Below, piece by piece: positions 11,050 through 25,556 of a stretch of 64,000 nucleotides of DNA (the stretch's first letter is position 1; every line of letters starts with the position of its first letter). This DNA comes from Octopus vulgaris (lineage: Eukaryota). The stretch covers positions 5,084,001 through 5,148,000 of the forward strand of contig OX597843.1 in NCBI GenBank assembly GCA_951406725.2. The letters run 5' to 3'. Under the pieces are notes generated by a model. That model searched no databases. It saw only the letters and a list, made by a program, of their open reading frames with translations, and was not told the origin of the DNA. A program made the position numbers and the translations under genes.

Positions 11050-11332
11050 ATGTCGTCCGCATAGGCAGAAACAGACTTATGGGGACACCAGTTGAATTTC
11101 ATTGCCACTTTTCTTCATGGTTGGGCCGTTGTGGCTTTCCTTGCATTTCCGTGTATTGTTGCTTGATCAGTCGTGCATCCTGTGGTGTGGGTAACACTGC
11201 TAGCTTTGTTCTTTTTTCCTGCGGCTCTTCTTTCGCAATCCCTTTTAAGGTGTGCTTCACTGCCGCATATATAGTAGCGTGGTAATCTTCCCTCGACCAC
11301 TACATACAATTTGTGGTCTTCCGAAAGATGTA
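11050..11332 (-). pseudogene. LINE ORF1/gag-like zinc-knuckle fragment
   Basis: IHLSEDHKLYVVVEGRLPRYYICGSEAHLKRDC (degenerate CX2CX4HX4C). Confidence 0.7.
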
Positions 11333-11823
11333 TTCGTAGGATATTCGCAGCTTGCAATAAAAACCCATGAATTCTTTTGGGAGTAGGGCGAAAAGCCTGC
11401 ATGAATTGATATCTAGCAACATATTGCTTTAAGAAACACGGTTTAATTCCAGGCCTTATCACATTCCTTTTTAAGCTGCCCCAAATTCGTTCTATTGTTT
11501 GTGTATGAATAGATGGGTTTGCTGGGTCTACAAAGTTCTGGCTATGATTTATTTGAAAATGCGTGTAACCTAAACTAGGTGGCCTATATATACAGGCCAA
11601 CAATCGCTATATACAGTTGAACCTTGATGAATGTGGTGTCTGATTAATGGAATCAGTGAGGAAGAATCATGTCTTGGAATTTCACCACATTCTGATGTCA
11701 GGGGTATCAAAAAATCTTTCTTGGAATCCCTTTCCATTCCGCCAAAAAGTCTCCCCCGGTTGTTTTCTTGTAACGAAGACTGTCTCATCTATTTCAACTG
11801 CGATCCCTGGCCCTCCAATTTCT
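11333..11823 (-). pseudogene. Merlin/IS1595(ISXO2)-like DDE transposase fragment
   Basis: IGGPGIAVEIDETVF, LFGGMER, LIPLIRHHI.QGSTVYSDCW, NHSQNFVDP, IHTQTIERIW. Confidence 0.9.
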
Positions 11824-11907
11824 GTGACATCATTTCCCCCTGCCTCTGATATCCTCATTTTATGTAATTCTATTTAATTTTATGTAATTCTAAATTACTT
11901 TCAAAAT

Positions 11908-12990
11908 TCATTTACCTGACATAGGTATAGGTTCCATCTCATAATGAAACAACTCTATCTTCATGGCCAGGTGTAAACAACTGTTGCCTTTGTTGGGAGA
12001 CCCTTTTGACATAAATTGTGGGCCCCCTCCAAGGTGAGCCCTGGACCCAGCATGGATTTTCTTAACACCATAATGAAACAACTCTATTTTCACAGCAAGG
12101 TGTAAACAACTATTGCCTTTGTTGGCAGACCCTTTTGACATAAATTGTGGGCCCCCTCCAAGGTGACCCCTGGACCCAGCATGGATTTTCTTAACACCGT
12201 AATGAAACAACTCTATTTTCGCAGCCAGGTGTAAACAACTGTTGCCTTTGTTGGCAGACCCTTTTGGCATAAATTGTGGGCCCCCTCCAAGGTGACCCCT
12301 GGACCCAGCATAGATTTTCTTAACACCGGAATGAAACAACTCTATCTTCACAGCCAGGTGTAAACAACTGTTGCCTTTGTTGGCAGACCCTTTTGACATA
12401 AATTGTGGGCCCCCTCCAAGGTGACCCCTGGACCCAGCATGGATTTTCTTAACACCGTAATGAAACAACTCTATTTTCACAGCAAGGTGTAAACAACTGT
12501 TGCCTTTGTTGGCAGACCCTTTCGAAATAAATTGTGGGCCCCCTCCAAGGTGACCCCTGGACCCAGCATGGATTTTCTTAACACCGTAATGAAACAACTC
12601 TATTTTCACAGCAAGGTGTAAACAACTGTTGCCTTTGTTGGCAGACCCTTTTGACATAAATTGTGGGCCCCCTCCAAGGTGACCCCTGGACCCAGCATGG
12701 ATTTTCTTAACACCTTAATGTAACAACTCTATCTTCACAGCAAGGTGTAAACAACTGTTGCCTTTGTTGGCAGACCCTTTTGAAATGAATTGTGGGTCCC
12801 CTCCAAGGTGACCCCTAGACCCAGCATGGATTTTCTTAACACCATAATGAAACAACTCTATTTTCACAGCAAGGTGTAAACAACTGTTGCCTTTGTTGGC
12901 AGGCCCTTTTGAAATAAATTGTGGGCCTTCTCCAAGGTGACCCCTGGACCCAGCATGGATTTTCTTAACACCATAATGGCACAAATCAAT
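11908..12990. repeat. 129-bp tandem array A, ~8 copies
   Basis: gccccctccaaggtg recurs at 12022, 12151 and onward with a 129-bp period, giving 43-aa periodic ORFs. Confidence 0.95.
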
Positions 12991-12999
12991 CTACATCGC

Positions 13000-13432
13000 A
13001 AGCCTGCATGAATTGATATCTAGCAACATATTACTTTAAGGAACACGGTTTAATTCCAGCCCTTATCACATTCCTTTTTAAGCTGCCCTAAAATCGTTCT
13101 ATTGTTTGTGTATGAATAGATGGGTTTTCTGGGTCTAGGAAGTTCTGGCTATGATTTATCTGAAAATGCGTGTAACCTAAACTAGGTAGCCTATTATATA
13201 CAGGCCAACAATCTCTATATACGGTTGAACCTTGATGAATGTGGCGTCTGATTAATGGAATCAGTGTGGAAGAATCATGTCTTTGAATTTCACCACATTC
13301 CGATGTCAGGGGTATCAATAAATCTTTCTTGGAATCCCTTTCCATTCCGCCAAAAAGTCTCCCCCCGATTGTTTTCTTGAAACGAAGACTGTCTCATCTA
13401 TTTCAACTGCGATCCCTGGCCCTCCAATTTCT
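13000..13432 (-). pseudogene. Merlin/IS1595-like transposase fragment (second copy)
   Basis: Same motifs as 11333-11823 (EIDET, NHSQNFLDP, HTQTIE). Confidence 0.9.
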
Positions 13433-16400
13433 GTGACATCATTTCCCCTCCCCTCTGATCTCCTCATTTTATTTAATTCTACTCTCATCCCATCACAGCA
13501 TCTGTAAAGGTTTTTGAACCTTTGTGCATCGCTCAAGTTGATGGTTTGATTATCATGAACAATGCATACTTTTCTAATAGAATCTGCATCACATCATCAC
13601 CAATGATGTAGAAGATGTAAAGGCAACCTGCCCAAGCTCCTGGTCAGAAAGGAATACTTCCCTAGCCACACCTTCTGCACTGGACAGCCCAGCCAAGAGA
13701 CTGTTTAAACACACTGCTCCTTGATGTGACATCGTCTCCCCTTGCCTCTGATCTCCTCATTTTATTTAATTCTACTCTCATCCCATCACAGCATCTGTAA
13801 AGGTTTTTGAACATTTGTGCATCGCTCAAGTTGATGGTTTGATTATCATGAACAATGCATACTTTTCTAATAGAATCTGCATCACATCATCACCAATGAT
13901 GTAGAAGATGTAAAGGCAACCTGCCCAAGCTCCTGGTCAGAAAGGAATACTTCCCTAGCCACACCTTCTGCACTGGACAGCCCAGCCAAGAGACTGTTTA
14001 AACACACTGCTCCTTGATGTGACATCATCTCCCCTCCCCTCTGAACTCCTCATTTTATTTAATTCTACTCTCATCCCATCACAGCATCTGTAAAGGTTTT
14101 TGAACATTTGTGCATCGCTCAAGTTGATGGTTTGATTATCATGAACAATGCATACTTTTCTAATAGAATCTGCATCACATCATCACCAATGATGTAGAAG
14201 ATGTAAAGGCAACCTGCCCAAGCTCCTGGTCAGAAAGGAATACTTCCCTAGCCACACCTTCTGCACTGGACAGCCCAGCCAAGAGACTGTTTAAACACAC
14301 TGCTCCTTGATGTGACATCATCTCCCCTCCCCTCTGAACTCCTCATTTTATTTAATTCTACTCTCATCCCATCACAGCATCTGTAAAGGTTTTTGAACAT
14401 TTGTGCATGGCTCAAGTTGATGGTTTGATTATCATGAACAATGCATACTTTTCTAATAGAATCTGCATCACATCATCACCAATGATGTAGAAGATGTAAA
14501 GGCAACCTGCCTAAGCTCCTGGTCAGAAAGGAATACTTCCCTAGCCACACCTTCTGCACTGGACAGCCCAGCCAAGAGACTGTTTAAACACACTGCTCCT
14601 TGATGTGACATCATCTCCCCTCCCTCTGAACTCCTCATTTTATTTAATTCTACTCTCATCCCATCACAGCATCTGTAAAGGTTTTTGAACATTTGTGCAT
14701 GGCTCAAGTTGATGGTTTGATTATCATGAACAATGCATACTTTTCTAATAGAATCTGCATCACATCATCACCAATGATGTAGAAGATGTAAAGGCAACCT
14801 GCCCAAGCTCCTGCTCAGAAAGGAATACTTCCCTAGCCACACCTTCTGCACTGGACAGCCCAGCCAAGAGACTGTTTAAACACACTGCTCCTTGATGTGA
14901 CATCATCTCCCCTCCCCTCTGAACTCCTCATTTTATTTAATTCTACTCTCATCCCATCACAGCATCTGTAAAGGTTTTTGAACATTTGTGCATGGCTCAA
15001 GTTGATGGTTTGATTATCATGAACAATGCATACTTTTCTAATAGAATCTGCATCACATCATCACCAATGATGTAGAAGATGTAAAGGCAACCTGGCCAAG
15101 CTCCTGGTCAGAAAGGAATACTTCCCTAGCCACACCTTCTGCACTGGACAGCCCAGCCAAGAGACTGTTTAAACACACTGCTCCTTGATGTGACATCATC
15201 TCCCCTCCCCTCTGAACTCCTCATTTTATTTAATTCTACTCTCATCCCATCACAGCATCTGTAAAGGTTTTTGAACATTTGTGCATGGCTCAAGTTGATG
15301 GTTTGATTATCATGAACAATGCATACTTTTCTAATAGAATCTGCATCACATCATCACCAATGATGTAGAAGATGTAAAGTCAACCTGCCCAAGCTCCTGG
15401 TCAGAAAGGAATACTTCCCTAGCCACACCTTCTGCACTGGACAGCCCAGCCAAGAGACTGTTTAAACACACTGCTCCTTGATGTGACATCATCTCCCCTC
15501 CCCTCTGAACTCCTCATTTTATTTAATTCTACTCTCATCCCATCACAGCATCTGTAAAGGTTTTTGAACATTTGTGCATGGCTCAAGTTGATGGTTTGAT
15601 TATCATGAACAATGCATACTTTTCTAATAGAATCTGCATCACATCATCACCAATGATGTAGAAGATGTAAAGGCAACCTGGCCAAGCTCCTGGTCAGAAA
15701 GGAATACTTCCCTAGCCACACCTTCTGCACTGGACAGCCCAGCCAAGAGACTGTTTAAACACACTGCTCCTTGATGTGACATCATCTCCCCTCCCCTCTG
15801 ATCTCCTCATTTTATTTAATTCTACTCTCATCCCATCACAGCATCTGTAAAGGTTTTTGAACATTTGTGCATCGCTCAAGTTGATGGTTTGATTATCATG
15901 AACAATGCATACTTTTCTAATAGAATCTGCATCACATCATCACCAATGATGTAGAAGATGTAAAGGCAACCTGCCCCAGCTCCTGGTCAGAAAGGAATAC
16001 TTCCCTAGCCACACCTTCTGCACTGGACAGCCCAGCCAAGAGACTGTTTAAACACTCTGCTCCTTGATGTGACATCATCTCCCCTCCCCTCTGATCTCCT
16101 CATTTTATTTAATTCTACTCTCATCCCATCACAGCATCTGTAAAGGTTTTTGAACATTTGTGCATGGCTCAAGTTGATGGTTTGATTATCATGAACAATG
16201 CATACTTTTCTAATAGAATCTGCATCACATCATCACCAATGATGTAGAAGATGTAAAGGCAACCTGCCCAAGCTCCTGGTCAGAAAGGAATACTTCCCTA
16301 GCCACACCTTCTGCACTGGACAGCCCAGCCAAGAGACTGTTTAAACACACTGCTCCTTGATGTGACATCGTCTCCCCTCCCCTCTGATCTCCTCATTTTA

Positions 16401-19400
16401 TTTAATTCTACTCTCATCCCATCACAGCATCTGTAAAGGTTTTTGAACATTTGTGCATCGCTCAAGTTGATGGTTTGATTATCATGAACAATGCATACTT
16501 TTCTAATAGAATCTGCATCACATCATCACCAATGATGTAGAAGATGTAAAGGCAACCTGCCCAAGCTCCTGGTCAGAAAGGAATACTTCCCTAGCCACAC
16601 CTTCTGCACTGGACAGCCCAGCCAAGAGACTGTTTAAACACACTGCTACTTGATGTGACATCATCTCCCCTTGCCTCTGATCTCCTCATTTTATTTAATT
16701 CTACTCTCATCCCATCACAGCATCTGTAAAGGTTTTTGAACATTTGTGCATCGCTCAAGTTGATGGTTTGATTATCATGAACAATGCATACTTTTCTAAT
16801 AGAATCTGCATCACATCATCACCAATGATGTAGAAGATGTAAAGGCAACCTGCCCAAGCTCCTGGTCAGAAAGGAATACTTCCCTAGCCACACCTTCTGC
16901 ACTGGACAGCCCAGCCAAGAGACTGTTTAAACACACTGCTCCTTGATGTGACATCGTCTCCCCTCCCCTCTGATCTCCTCATTTTATTTAATTCTACTCT
17001 CATCCCATCACAGCATCTGTAAAGGTTTTTGAACATTTGTGCATCGCTCAAGTTGATGGTTTGATTATCATGAACAATGCATACTTTTCTAATAGAATCT
17101 GCATCACATCATCACCAATGATGTAGAAGATGTAAAGGCAACCTGCCCAAGCTCCTGGTCAGAAAGGAATACTTCCCTAGCCACACCTTCTGCACTGGAC
17201 AGCCCAGCCAAGAGACTGTTTAAACACACTGCTACTTGATGTGACATCATCTCCCCTTGCCTCTGATCTCCTCATTTTATTTAATTCTACTCTCATCCCA
17301 TCACAGCATCTGTAAAGGTTTTTGAACATTTGTGCATCGCTCAAGTTGATGGTTTGATTATCATGAACAATGCATACTTTTCTAATAGAATCTGCATCAC
17401 ATCATCACCAATGATGTAGAAGATGTAAAGGCAACCTGGCCAAGCTCCTGGTCAGAAAGGAATACTTCCCTAGCCACACCTTCTGCACTGGACAGCCCAG
17501 CCAAGAGACTGTTTAAACACACTGCTCCTTGATGTGACATCATTTCCCCTCCCCTCTGATCTCCTCATTTTATTTAATTCTACTCTCATCCCATCACAGC
17601 ATCTGTAAAGGTTTTTGAACATTTGTGCATCGCTCAAGTTGATGGTTTGATTATCATGAACAATGCATACTTTTCTAATAGAATCTGCATCACATCATCA
17701 CCAATGATGTAGAAGATGTAAAGGCAACCTGGCCAAGCTCCTGGTCAGAAAGGAATACTTCCCTAGCCACACCTTCTGCACTGGACAGCCCAGCCAAGAG
17801 ACTGTTTAAACACACTGCTCCTTGATGTGACATCATCTCCCCTTGCCTCTGATCTCCTCATTTTATTTAATTCTACTCTCATCCCATCACAGCATCTGTA
17901 AAGGTTTTTGAACATTTGTGCATCGCTCAAGTTGATGGTTTGATTATCATGAACAATGCATACTTTTCTAATAGAATCTGCATCACATCATCACCAATGA
18001 TGTAGAAGATGTAAAGGCAACCTGCCCAAGCTCCTGGTCAGAAAGGAATACTTCCCTAGCCACACCTTCTGCACTGGACAGCCCAGCCAAGAGACTGTTT
18101 AAACACACTGCTACTTGATGTGACATCATCTCCCCTTGCCTCTGATCTCCTCATTTTATTTAATTCTACTCTCATCCCATCACAGCATCTGTAAAGGTTT
18201 TTGAACATTTGTGCATCGCTCAAGTTGATGGTTTGATTATCATGAACAATGCATACTTTTCTAATAGAATCTGCATCACATCATCACCAATGATGTAGAA
18301 GATGTAAAGGCAACCTGGCCCAAGCTCCTGGTCAGAAAGGAATACTTCCCTAGCCACACCTTCTGCACTGGACAGCCCAGCCAAGAGACTGTTTAAACAC
18401 ACTGCTACTTGATGTGACATCATCTCCCCTTGCCTCTGATCTCCTCATTTTATTTAATTCTACTCTCATCCCATCACAGCATCTGTAAAGGTTTTTGAAC
18501 ATTTGTGCATCGCTCAAGTTGATGGTTTGATTATCATGAACAATGCATACTTTTCTAATAGAATCTGCATCACATCATCACCAATGATGTAGAAGATGTA
18601 AAGGCAACCTGCCCAAGCTCCTGGCCAGAAAGGAATACTTCCCTAGCCACACCTTCTGCACTGGACAGCCCAGCCAAGAGACTGTTTAAACACACTGCTC
18701 CTTGATGTGACATCATTTCCCCTCCCCTCTGATCTCCTCATTTTATTTAATTCTACTCTCATCCCATCACAGCATCTGTAAAGGTTTTTGAACATTTGTG
18801 CATCGCTCAAGTTGATGGTTTGATTATCATGAACAATGCATACTTTTCTAATAGAATCTGCATCACATCATCACCAATGATGTAGAAGATGTAAAGGCAA
18901 CCTGCCCAAGCTCCTGGTCAGAAAGGAATACTTCCCTAGCCACACCTTCTGCACTGGACAGCCCAGCCAAGAGACTGTTTAAACACACTGCTCCTTGATG
19001 TGACATCATTTCCCCTCCCCTCTGATCTCCTCATTTTATTTAATTCTACTCTCATCCCATCACAGCATCTGTAAAGGTTTTTGAACATTTGTGCATCGCT
19101 CAAGTTGATGGTTTGATTATCATGAACAATGCATACTTTTCTAATAGAATCTGCATCACATCATCACCAATGATGTAGAAGATGTAAAGGCAACCTGCCC
19201 AAGCTCCTGGTCAGAAAGGAATACTTCCCTAGCCACACCTTCTGCACTGGACAGCCCAGCCAAGAGACTGTTTAAACACACTGCTCCTTCATGTGACATC
19301 ATCTCCCCTCCCCTCTGATCTCCTCATTTTATTTAATTCTACTCTCATCCCATCACAGCATCTGTAAATATTTTTGAACATTTGTGCATCGCTCAAGTTG

Positions 19401-22400
19401 ATGGTTTGATTATCATGAACAATGCATACTTTTCTAATAGAATCTGCATCACATCATCACCATTGATGTAGAAGATGTAAAGGCAACCTGGCCAAGCTCC
19501 TGGTCAGAAAGGAATACTTCCCTAGCCACACCTTCTGCACTGGACAGCCCAGCCAAGAGACTGTTTAAACACACTGCTCCTTGATGTGACATCATCTCCC
19601 ATCACCTCTGATCTCCTCATTTTATTTAATTCTACTCTCATCCCATCACAGCATCTGTAAAGGTTTTTGAACCTTTGTGCATCGCTGAAGTTGATGGTTT
19701 GATTATCATGAACAATGCATACTTTTCTAATAGAATCTGCATCACATCATCACCAATGATGTAGAAGATGTAAAGGCAACCTGCCCAAGCTCCTGGTCAG
19801 AAAGGAATACTTCCCTAGCCACACCTTCTGCACTGGACAGCCCAGCCAAGAGACTGTTTAAACACACTGCTACTTGATGTGACATCATTTCCCCTCCCCT
19901 CTGATCTCCTCATTTTATTTAATTCTACTCTCATCCCATCACAGCATCTATAAAGGTTTTTGAACATTTGTGCATCGCTCAAGTTGATGGTTTGATTATC
20001 ATGAACAATGCATACTTTTCTAATAGAATCTGCATCACATCATCACCAATGATGTAGAAGATGTAAAGGCAACCTGCCCAAGCTCCTGGTCAGAAAGGAA
20101 TACTTCCCTAGCCACACCTTCTGCACTGGACAGCCCAGCCAAGGGACTGTTTAAACACACTGCTACTTGATGTGACATCATCTCCCCTCCCCTCTGATCT
20201 CCTCATTTTATTTAATTCTACTCTCATCCCATCACAGCATCTGTAAAGGTTTTTGAACCTTTGTGCATCGCTCAAGTTGATGGTTTGATTATCATGAACA
20301 ATGCATACTTTTCTAATAGAATCTGCATCACATCATCACCAATGATGTAGAAGATGTAAAGGCAACCTGGCCAAGCTCCTGGTCAGAAAGGAATACTTCC
20401 CTAGCCACACCTTCTGCACTGGACAGCCCAGCCAAGAGACTGTTTAAACACACTGCTACTTGATGTGACATCATTTCCCCTCCCCTCTGATCTCCTCATT
20501 TTATTTAATTCTACTCTCATCCCATCACAGCATCTATAAAGGTTTTTGAACATTTGTGCATCGCTCAAGTTGATGGTTTGATTATCATGAACAATGCATA
20601 CTTTTCTAATAGAATCTGCATCACATCATCACCAATGATGTAGAAGATGTAAAGGCAACCTGGCCAAGCTCCTGGTCAGAAAGGAATACTTCCCTAGCCA
20701 CACCTTCTGCACTGGACAGCCCAGCCAAGAGACTGTTTAAACACACTGCTCCTTGATGTGACATCATTTCCCCATCACCTCTGATCTCCTCATTTTATTT
20801 AATTCTACTCTCATCCCATCACAGCATCTATAAAGGTTTTTGAACATTTGTGCATCGCTCAAGTTGATGGTTTGATTATCATGAACAATGCATACTTTTC
20901 TAATAGAATCTGCATCACATCATCACCAATGATGTAGAAGATGTAAAGGCAACCTGCCCAAGCTCCTGGTCAGAAAGGAATACTTCCCCAGCCACACCTT
21001 CTGCACTGGACAGCCCAGCCAAGGGACTGTTTAAACACACTGCTACTTGATGTGACATCATCTCCCCTCCCCTCTGATCTCCTCATTTTATTTAATTCTA
21101 CTCTCATCCCATCACAGCATCTATAAAGGTTTTTGAACATTTGTGCATCGCTCAAGTTGATGGTTTGATTATCATGAACAATGCATACTTTTCTAATAGA
21201 ATCTGCATCACATCATCACCAATGATGTAGAAGATGTAAAGGCAACCTGCCCAAGCTCCTGGTCAGAAAGGAATACTTCCCTAGCCACACCTTCTGCACT
21301 GGACAGCCCAGCCAAGAGACTGTTTAAACACACTGCTCCTTGATGTGACATCATCTCCCCTCCCCTCTGAACTCCTCATTTTATTTAATTCTACTCTCAT
21401 CCCATCACAGCATCTGTAAAGGTTTTTGAACATTTGTGCATCGCTCAAGTTGATGGTTTGATTATCATGAACAATGCATACTTTTCTAATAGAATCTGCA
21501 TCACATCATCACCAATGATGTAGAAGATGTAAAGGCAACCTGGCCAAGCTCCTGGTCAGAAAGGAATACTTCCCTAGCCACACCTTCTGCACTGGACAGC
21601 CCAGCCAAGGGACTGTTTAAACACACTGCTACTTGATGTGACATCATCTCCCCTCCCCTCTGATCTCCTCATTTTATTTAATTCTACTCTCATCCCATCA
21701 CAGCATCTGTAAAGGTTTTTGAACATTTGTGCATCGCTCAAGTTGATGGTTTGATTATCATGAACAATGCATACTTTTCTAATAGAATCTGCATCACATC
21801 ATCACCAATGATGTAGAAGATGTAAAGGCAACCTGCCCAAGCTCCTGGTCAGAAAGGAATACTTCCCTAGCCACACCTTCTGCACTGGACAGCCCAGCCA
21901 AGAGACTGTTTAAACACACTGCTCCTTGATGTGACATCATCTCCCCATCCCTCTGATCTCCTCATTTTATTTAATTCTACTCTCATCCCATCACAGCATC
22001 TGTAAAGGTTTTTGAACATTTGTGCATCGCTCAAGTTGATGGTTTGATTATCATGAACAATGCATACTTTTCTAATAGAATCTGCATCACATCATCACCA
22101 ATGATGTAGAAGATGTAAAGGCAACCTGCCCAAGCTCCTGGTCAGAAAGGAATACTTCCCTAGCCACACCTTCTGCACTGGACAGCCCAGCCAAGAGACT
22201 GTTTAAACACACTGCTACTTGATGTGACATCATCTCCCCTCCCCTCTGATCTCCTCATTTTATTTAATTCTACTCTCATCCCATCACAGCATCTGTAAAG
22301 GTTTTTGAACATTTGTGCATCGCTCAAGTTGATGGTTTGATTATCATGAACAATGCATACTTTTCTAATAGAATCTGCATCACATCATCACCAATGATGT

Positions 22401-25400
22401 AGAAGATGTAAAGGCAACCTGCCCAAGCTCCTGGTCAGAAAGGAATACTTCCCTAGCCACACCTTCTGCACTGGACAGCCCAGCCAAGAGACTGTTTAAA
22501 CACACTGCTCCTTGATGTGACATCATTTCCCCTCCCCTCTGAACTCCTTTTATTTAATTCTACTCTCATCCCATCACAGCATCTGTAAAGGTTTTTGAAC
22601 CTTTGTGCATCGCTCAAGTTGATGGTTTGATTATCATGAACAATGCATACTTTTCTAATAGAATCTGCATCACATCATCACCAATGATGTAGAAGATGTA
22701 AAGGCAACCTGCCCAAGCTCCTGGTCAGAAAGGAATACTTCCCTAGCCACACCTTCTGCACTGGACAGCCCAGCCAAGAGACTGTTTAAACACACTGCTA
22801 CTTGATGTGACATCATCTCCCCTCCCCTCTGATCTCCTCATTTTATTTAATTCTACTCTCATCCCATCACAGCATCTGTAAAGGTTTTTGAACATTTGTG
22901 CATCGCTCAAGTTGATGGTTTGATTATCATGAACAATGCATACTTTTCTAATAGAATCTGCATCACATCATCACCAATGATGTAGAAGATGTAAAGGCAA
23001 CCTGCCCAAGCTCCTGGTCAGAAAGGAATACTTCCCTAGCCACACCTTCTGCACTGGACAGCCCAGCCAAGAGACTGTTTAAACACACTGCTACTTGATG
23101 TGACATCATCTCCCCTCCCTCTGATCTCCTCATTTTATTTAATTCTACTCTCATCCCATCACAGCATCTGTAAAGGTTTTTGAACATTTGTGCATCGCTC
23201 AAGTTGATGGTTTGATTATCATGAACAATGCATACTTTTCTAATAGAATCTGCATCACATCATCACCAATGATGTAGAAGATGTAAAGGCAACCTGCCCA
23301 AGCTCCTGGTCAGAAAGGAATACTTCCCTAGCCACACCTTCTGCACTGGACAGCCCAGCCAAGAGACTGTTTAAACACACTGCTCCTTGATGTGACATCA
23401 TTTCCCCTCCCCTCTGATCTCCTCATTTTATTTAATTCTACTCTCATCCCATCACAGCATCTGTAAAGGTTTTTGAACATTTGTGCATCGCTCAAGTTGA
23501 TGGTTTGATTATCATGAACAATGCATACTTTTCTAATAGAATCTGCATCACATCATCACCAATGATGTAGAAGATGTAAAGGCAACCTGCCCCAAGCTCC
23601 TGGTCAGAAAGGAATACTTCCCTAGCCACACCTTCTGCACTGGACAGCCCAGCCAAGAGACTGTTTAAACACACTGCTCCTTGATGTGACATCATCTCCC
23701 CTCCCCTCTGATCTCCTCATTTTATTTAATTCTACTCTCATCCCATCACAGCATCTGTAAAGGTTTTTGAACATTTGTGCATCGCTCAAGTTGATGGTTT
23801 GATTATCATGAACAATGCATACTTTTCTAATAGAATCTGCATCACATCATCACCAATGATGTAGAAGATGTAAAGGCAACCTGCCCAAGCTCCTGGTCAG
23901 AAAGGAATACTTCCCTAGCCACACCTTCTGCACTGGACAGCCCAGCCAAGAGACTGTTTAAACACACTGCTCCTTGATGTGACATCATCTCCCCTCCCCT
24001 CTGATCTCCTCATTTTATTTAATTCTACTCTCATCCCATCACAGCATCTGTAAAGGTTTTTGAACATTTGTGCATCGCTCAAGTTGATGGTTTGATTATC
24101 ATGAACAATGCATACTTTTCTAATAGAATCTGCATCACATCATCACCAATGATGTAGAAGATGTAAAGGCAACCTGCCCAAGCTCCTGGTCAGAAAGGAA
24201 TACTTCCCTAGCCACACCTTCTGCACTGGACAGCCCAGCCAAGAGACTGTTTAAACACACTGCTCCTTGATGTGACATCATTTCCCCATCACCTCTGATC
24301 TCCTCATTTTATTTAATTCTACTCTCATCCCATCACAGCATCTGTAAAGGTTTTTGAACATTTGTGCATCGCTCAAGTTGATGGTTTGATTATCATGAAC
24401 AATGCATACTTTTCTAATAGAATCTGCATCACATCATCACCAATGATGTAGAAGATGTAAAGGCAACCTGCCCAAGCTCCTGGTCAGAAAGGAATACTTC
24501 CCTAGCCACACCTTCTGCACTGGACAGCCCAGCCAAGAGACTGTTTAAACACACTGCTCCTTGATGTGACATCATTTCCCCTCCCTACTCCTCTGATCTC
24601 CTCATTTTATTTAATTCTACTCTCATCCCATCACAGCATCTGTAAAGGTTTTTGAACATTTGTGCATCGCTCAAGTTGATGGTTTGATTATCATGAACAA
24701 TGCATACTTTTCTAATAGAATCTGCATCACATCATCACCAATGATGTAGAAGATGTAAAGGCAACCTGCCCAAGCTCCTGGTCAGAAAGGAATACTTCCC
24801 CAGCCACACCTTCTGCACTGGACAGCCCAGCCAAGAGACTGTTTAAACACACTGCTCCTTGATGTGACATCATCTCCCCTCCCCTCTGATCTCCTCATTT
24901 TATTTAATTCTACTCTCATCCCATCACAGCATCTGTAAAGGTTTTTGAACATTTGTGCATCGCTCAAGTTGATGGTTTGATTATCATGAACAATGCATAC
25001 TTTTCTAATAGAATCTGCATCACATCATCACCAATGATGTAGAAGATGTAAAGGCAACCTGCCCAAGCTCCTGGTCAGAAAGGAATACTTCCCTAGCCAC
25101 ACCTTCTGCACTGGACAGCCCAGCCAAGAGACTGTTTAAACACACTGCTCCTTGTGTATGAATAGATGGGTTTTTGAACATTTGTGCATCGCTCAAGTTG
25201 ATGGTTTGATTATCATGAACAATGCAACAATGCATACTTTGATGTAGAAGATGTGTAAAGGCAACCTAATAGAATCTGCATCACATCATCACCAATGATG
25301 TAGAAGATGTAAAGGCAACCTGCCCAAGCTCCTGGTCAGAAAGGAATACTTCCCTAGCCACACCTTCTGCACTGGACAGCCCAGCCAAGAGACTGTTTAA

Positions 25401-25436
25401 ACACACTGCTGAAAGAAGTGCCCTTGATGTGACATC
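13432..25436. repeat. 293-bp satellite array, ~40 near-identical copies; the monomer contains TERT-like and ankyrin-derived segments
   Basis: aatgcatacttttc at 13561, 13854, 14147 and onward (period 293). The minus strand encodes IGDDVMQILLEKYALFMIIKPST in each copy. The right end is scrambled. Confidence 0.98.
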
Positions 25437-25556
25437 GGCAAAAGAGACCTGATAGAATAAGTACTGGGCTTACAAAACAATAAATCCCGAAGCCGAGCTG
25501 CTCGATCTAAAGGCAGTGCTCTGGCCACAGTCAAATAACCAAGTGAAAGAGTAAAG
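25437..25556 (+). mobile_element. SINE 3' fragment capping the satellite
   Basis: cggcaaaagagacc.gatagaataagtactgggcttac matches the SINE tail at ~60450-60575. Confidence 0.7.

Noticed and set aside
11333-11823. Bacterial IS1595 insertion or contamination
   Set aside because: It is embedded among eukaryotic SINEs, LINEs and Helitrons, close to a spliced gene. The eukaryotic Merlin family explains the similarity.
11908-12984. 249-aa periodic ORF (also 28386..28946) as a repeat protein; GNSCLHLA looks ankyrin-like
   Set aside because: The period is 43 aa rather than 33. The frame stays open because 129 is a multiple of 3, and it is broken in other copies.
13432-25436. Short ORFs inside the satellite, or a functional TERT gene
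   Set aside because: ORFs appear only where single indels or substitutions open a frame. Only one truncated TERT exon is present, and I saw no other TERT motifs.
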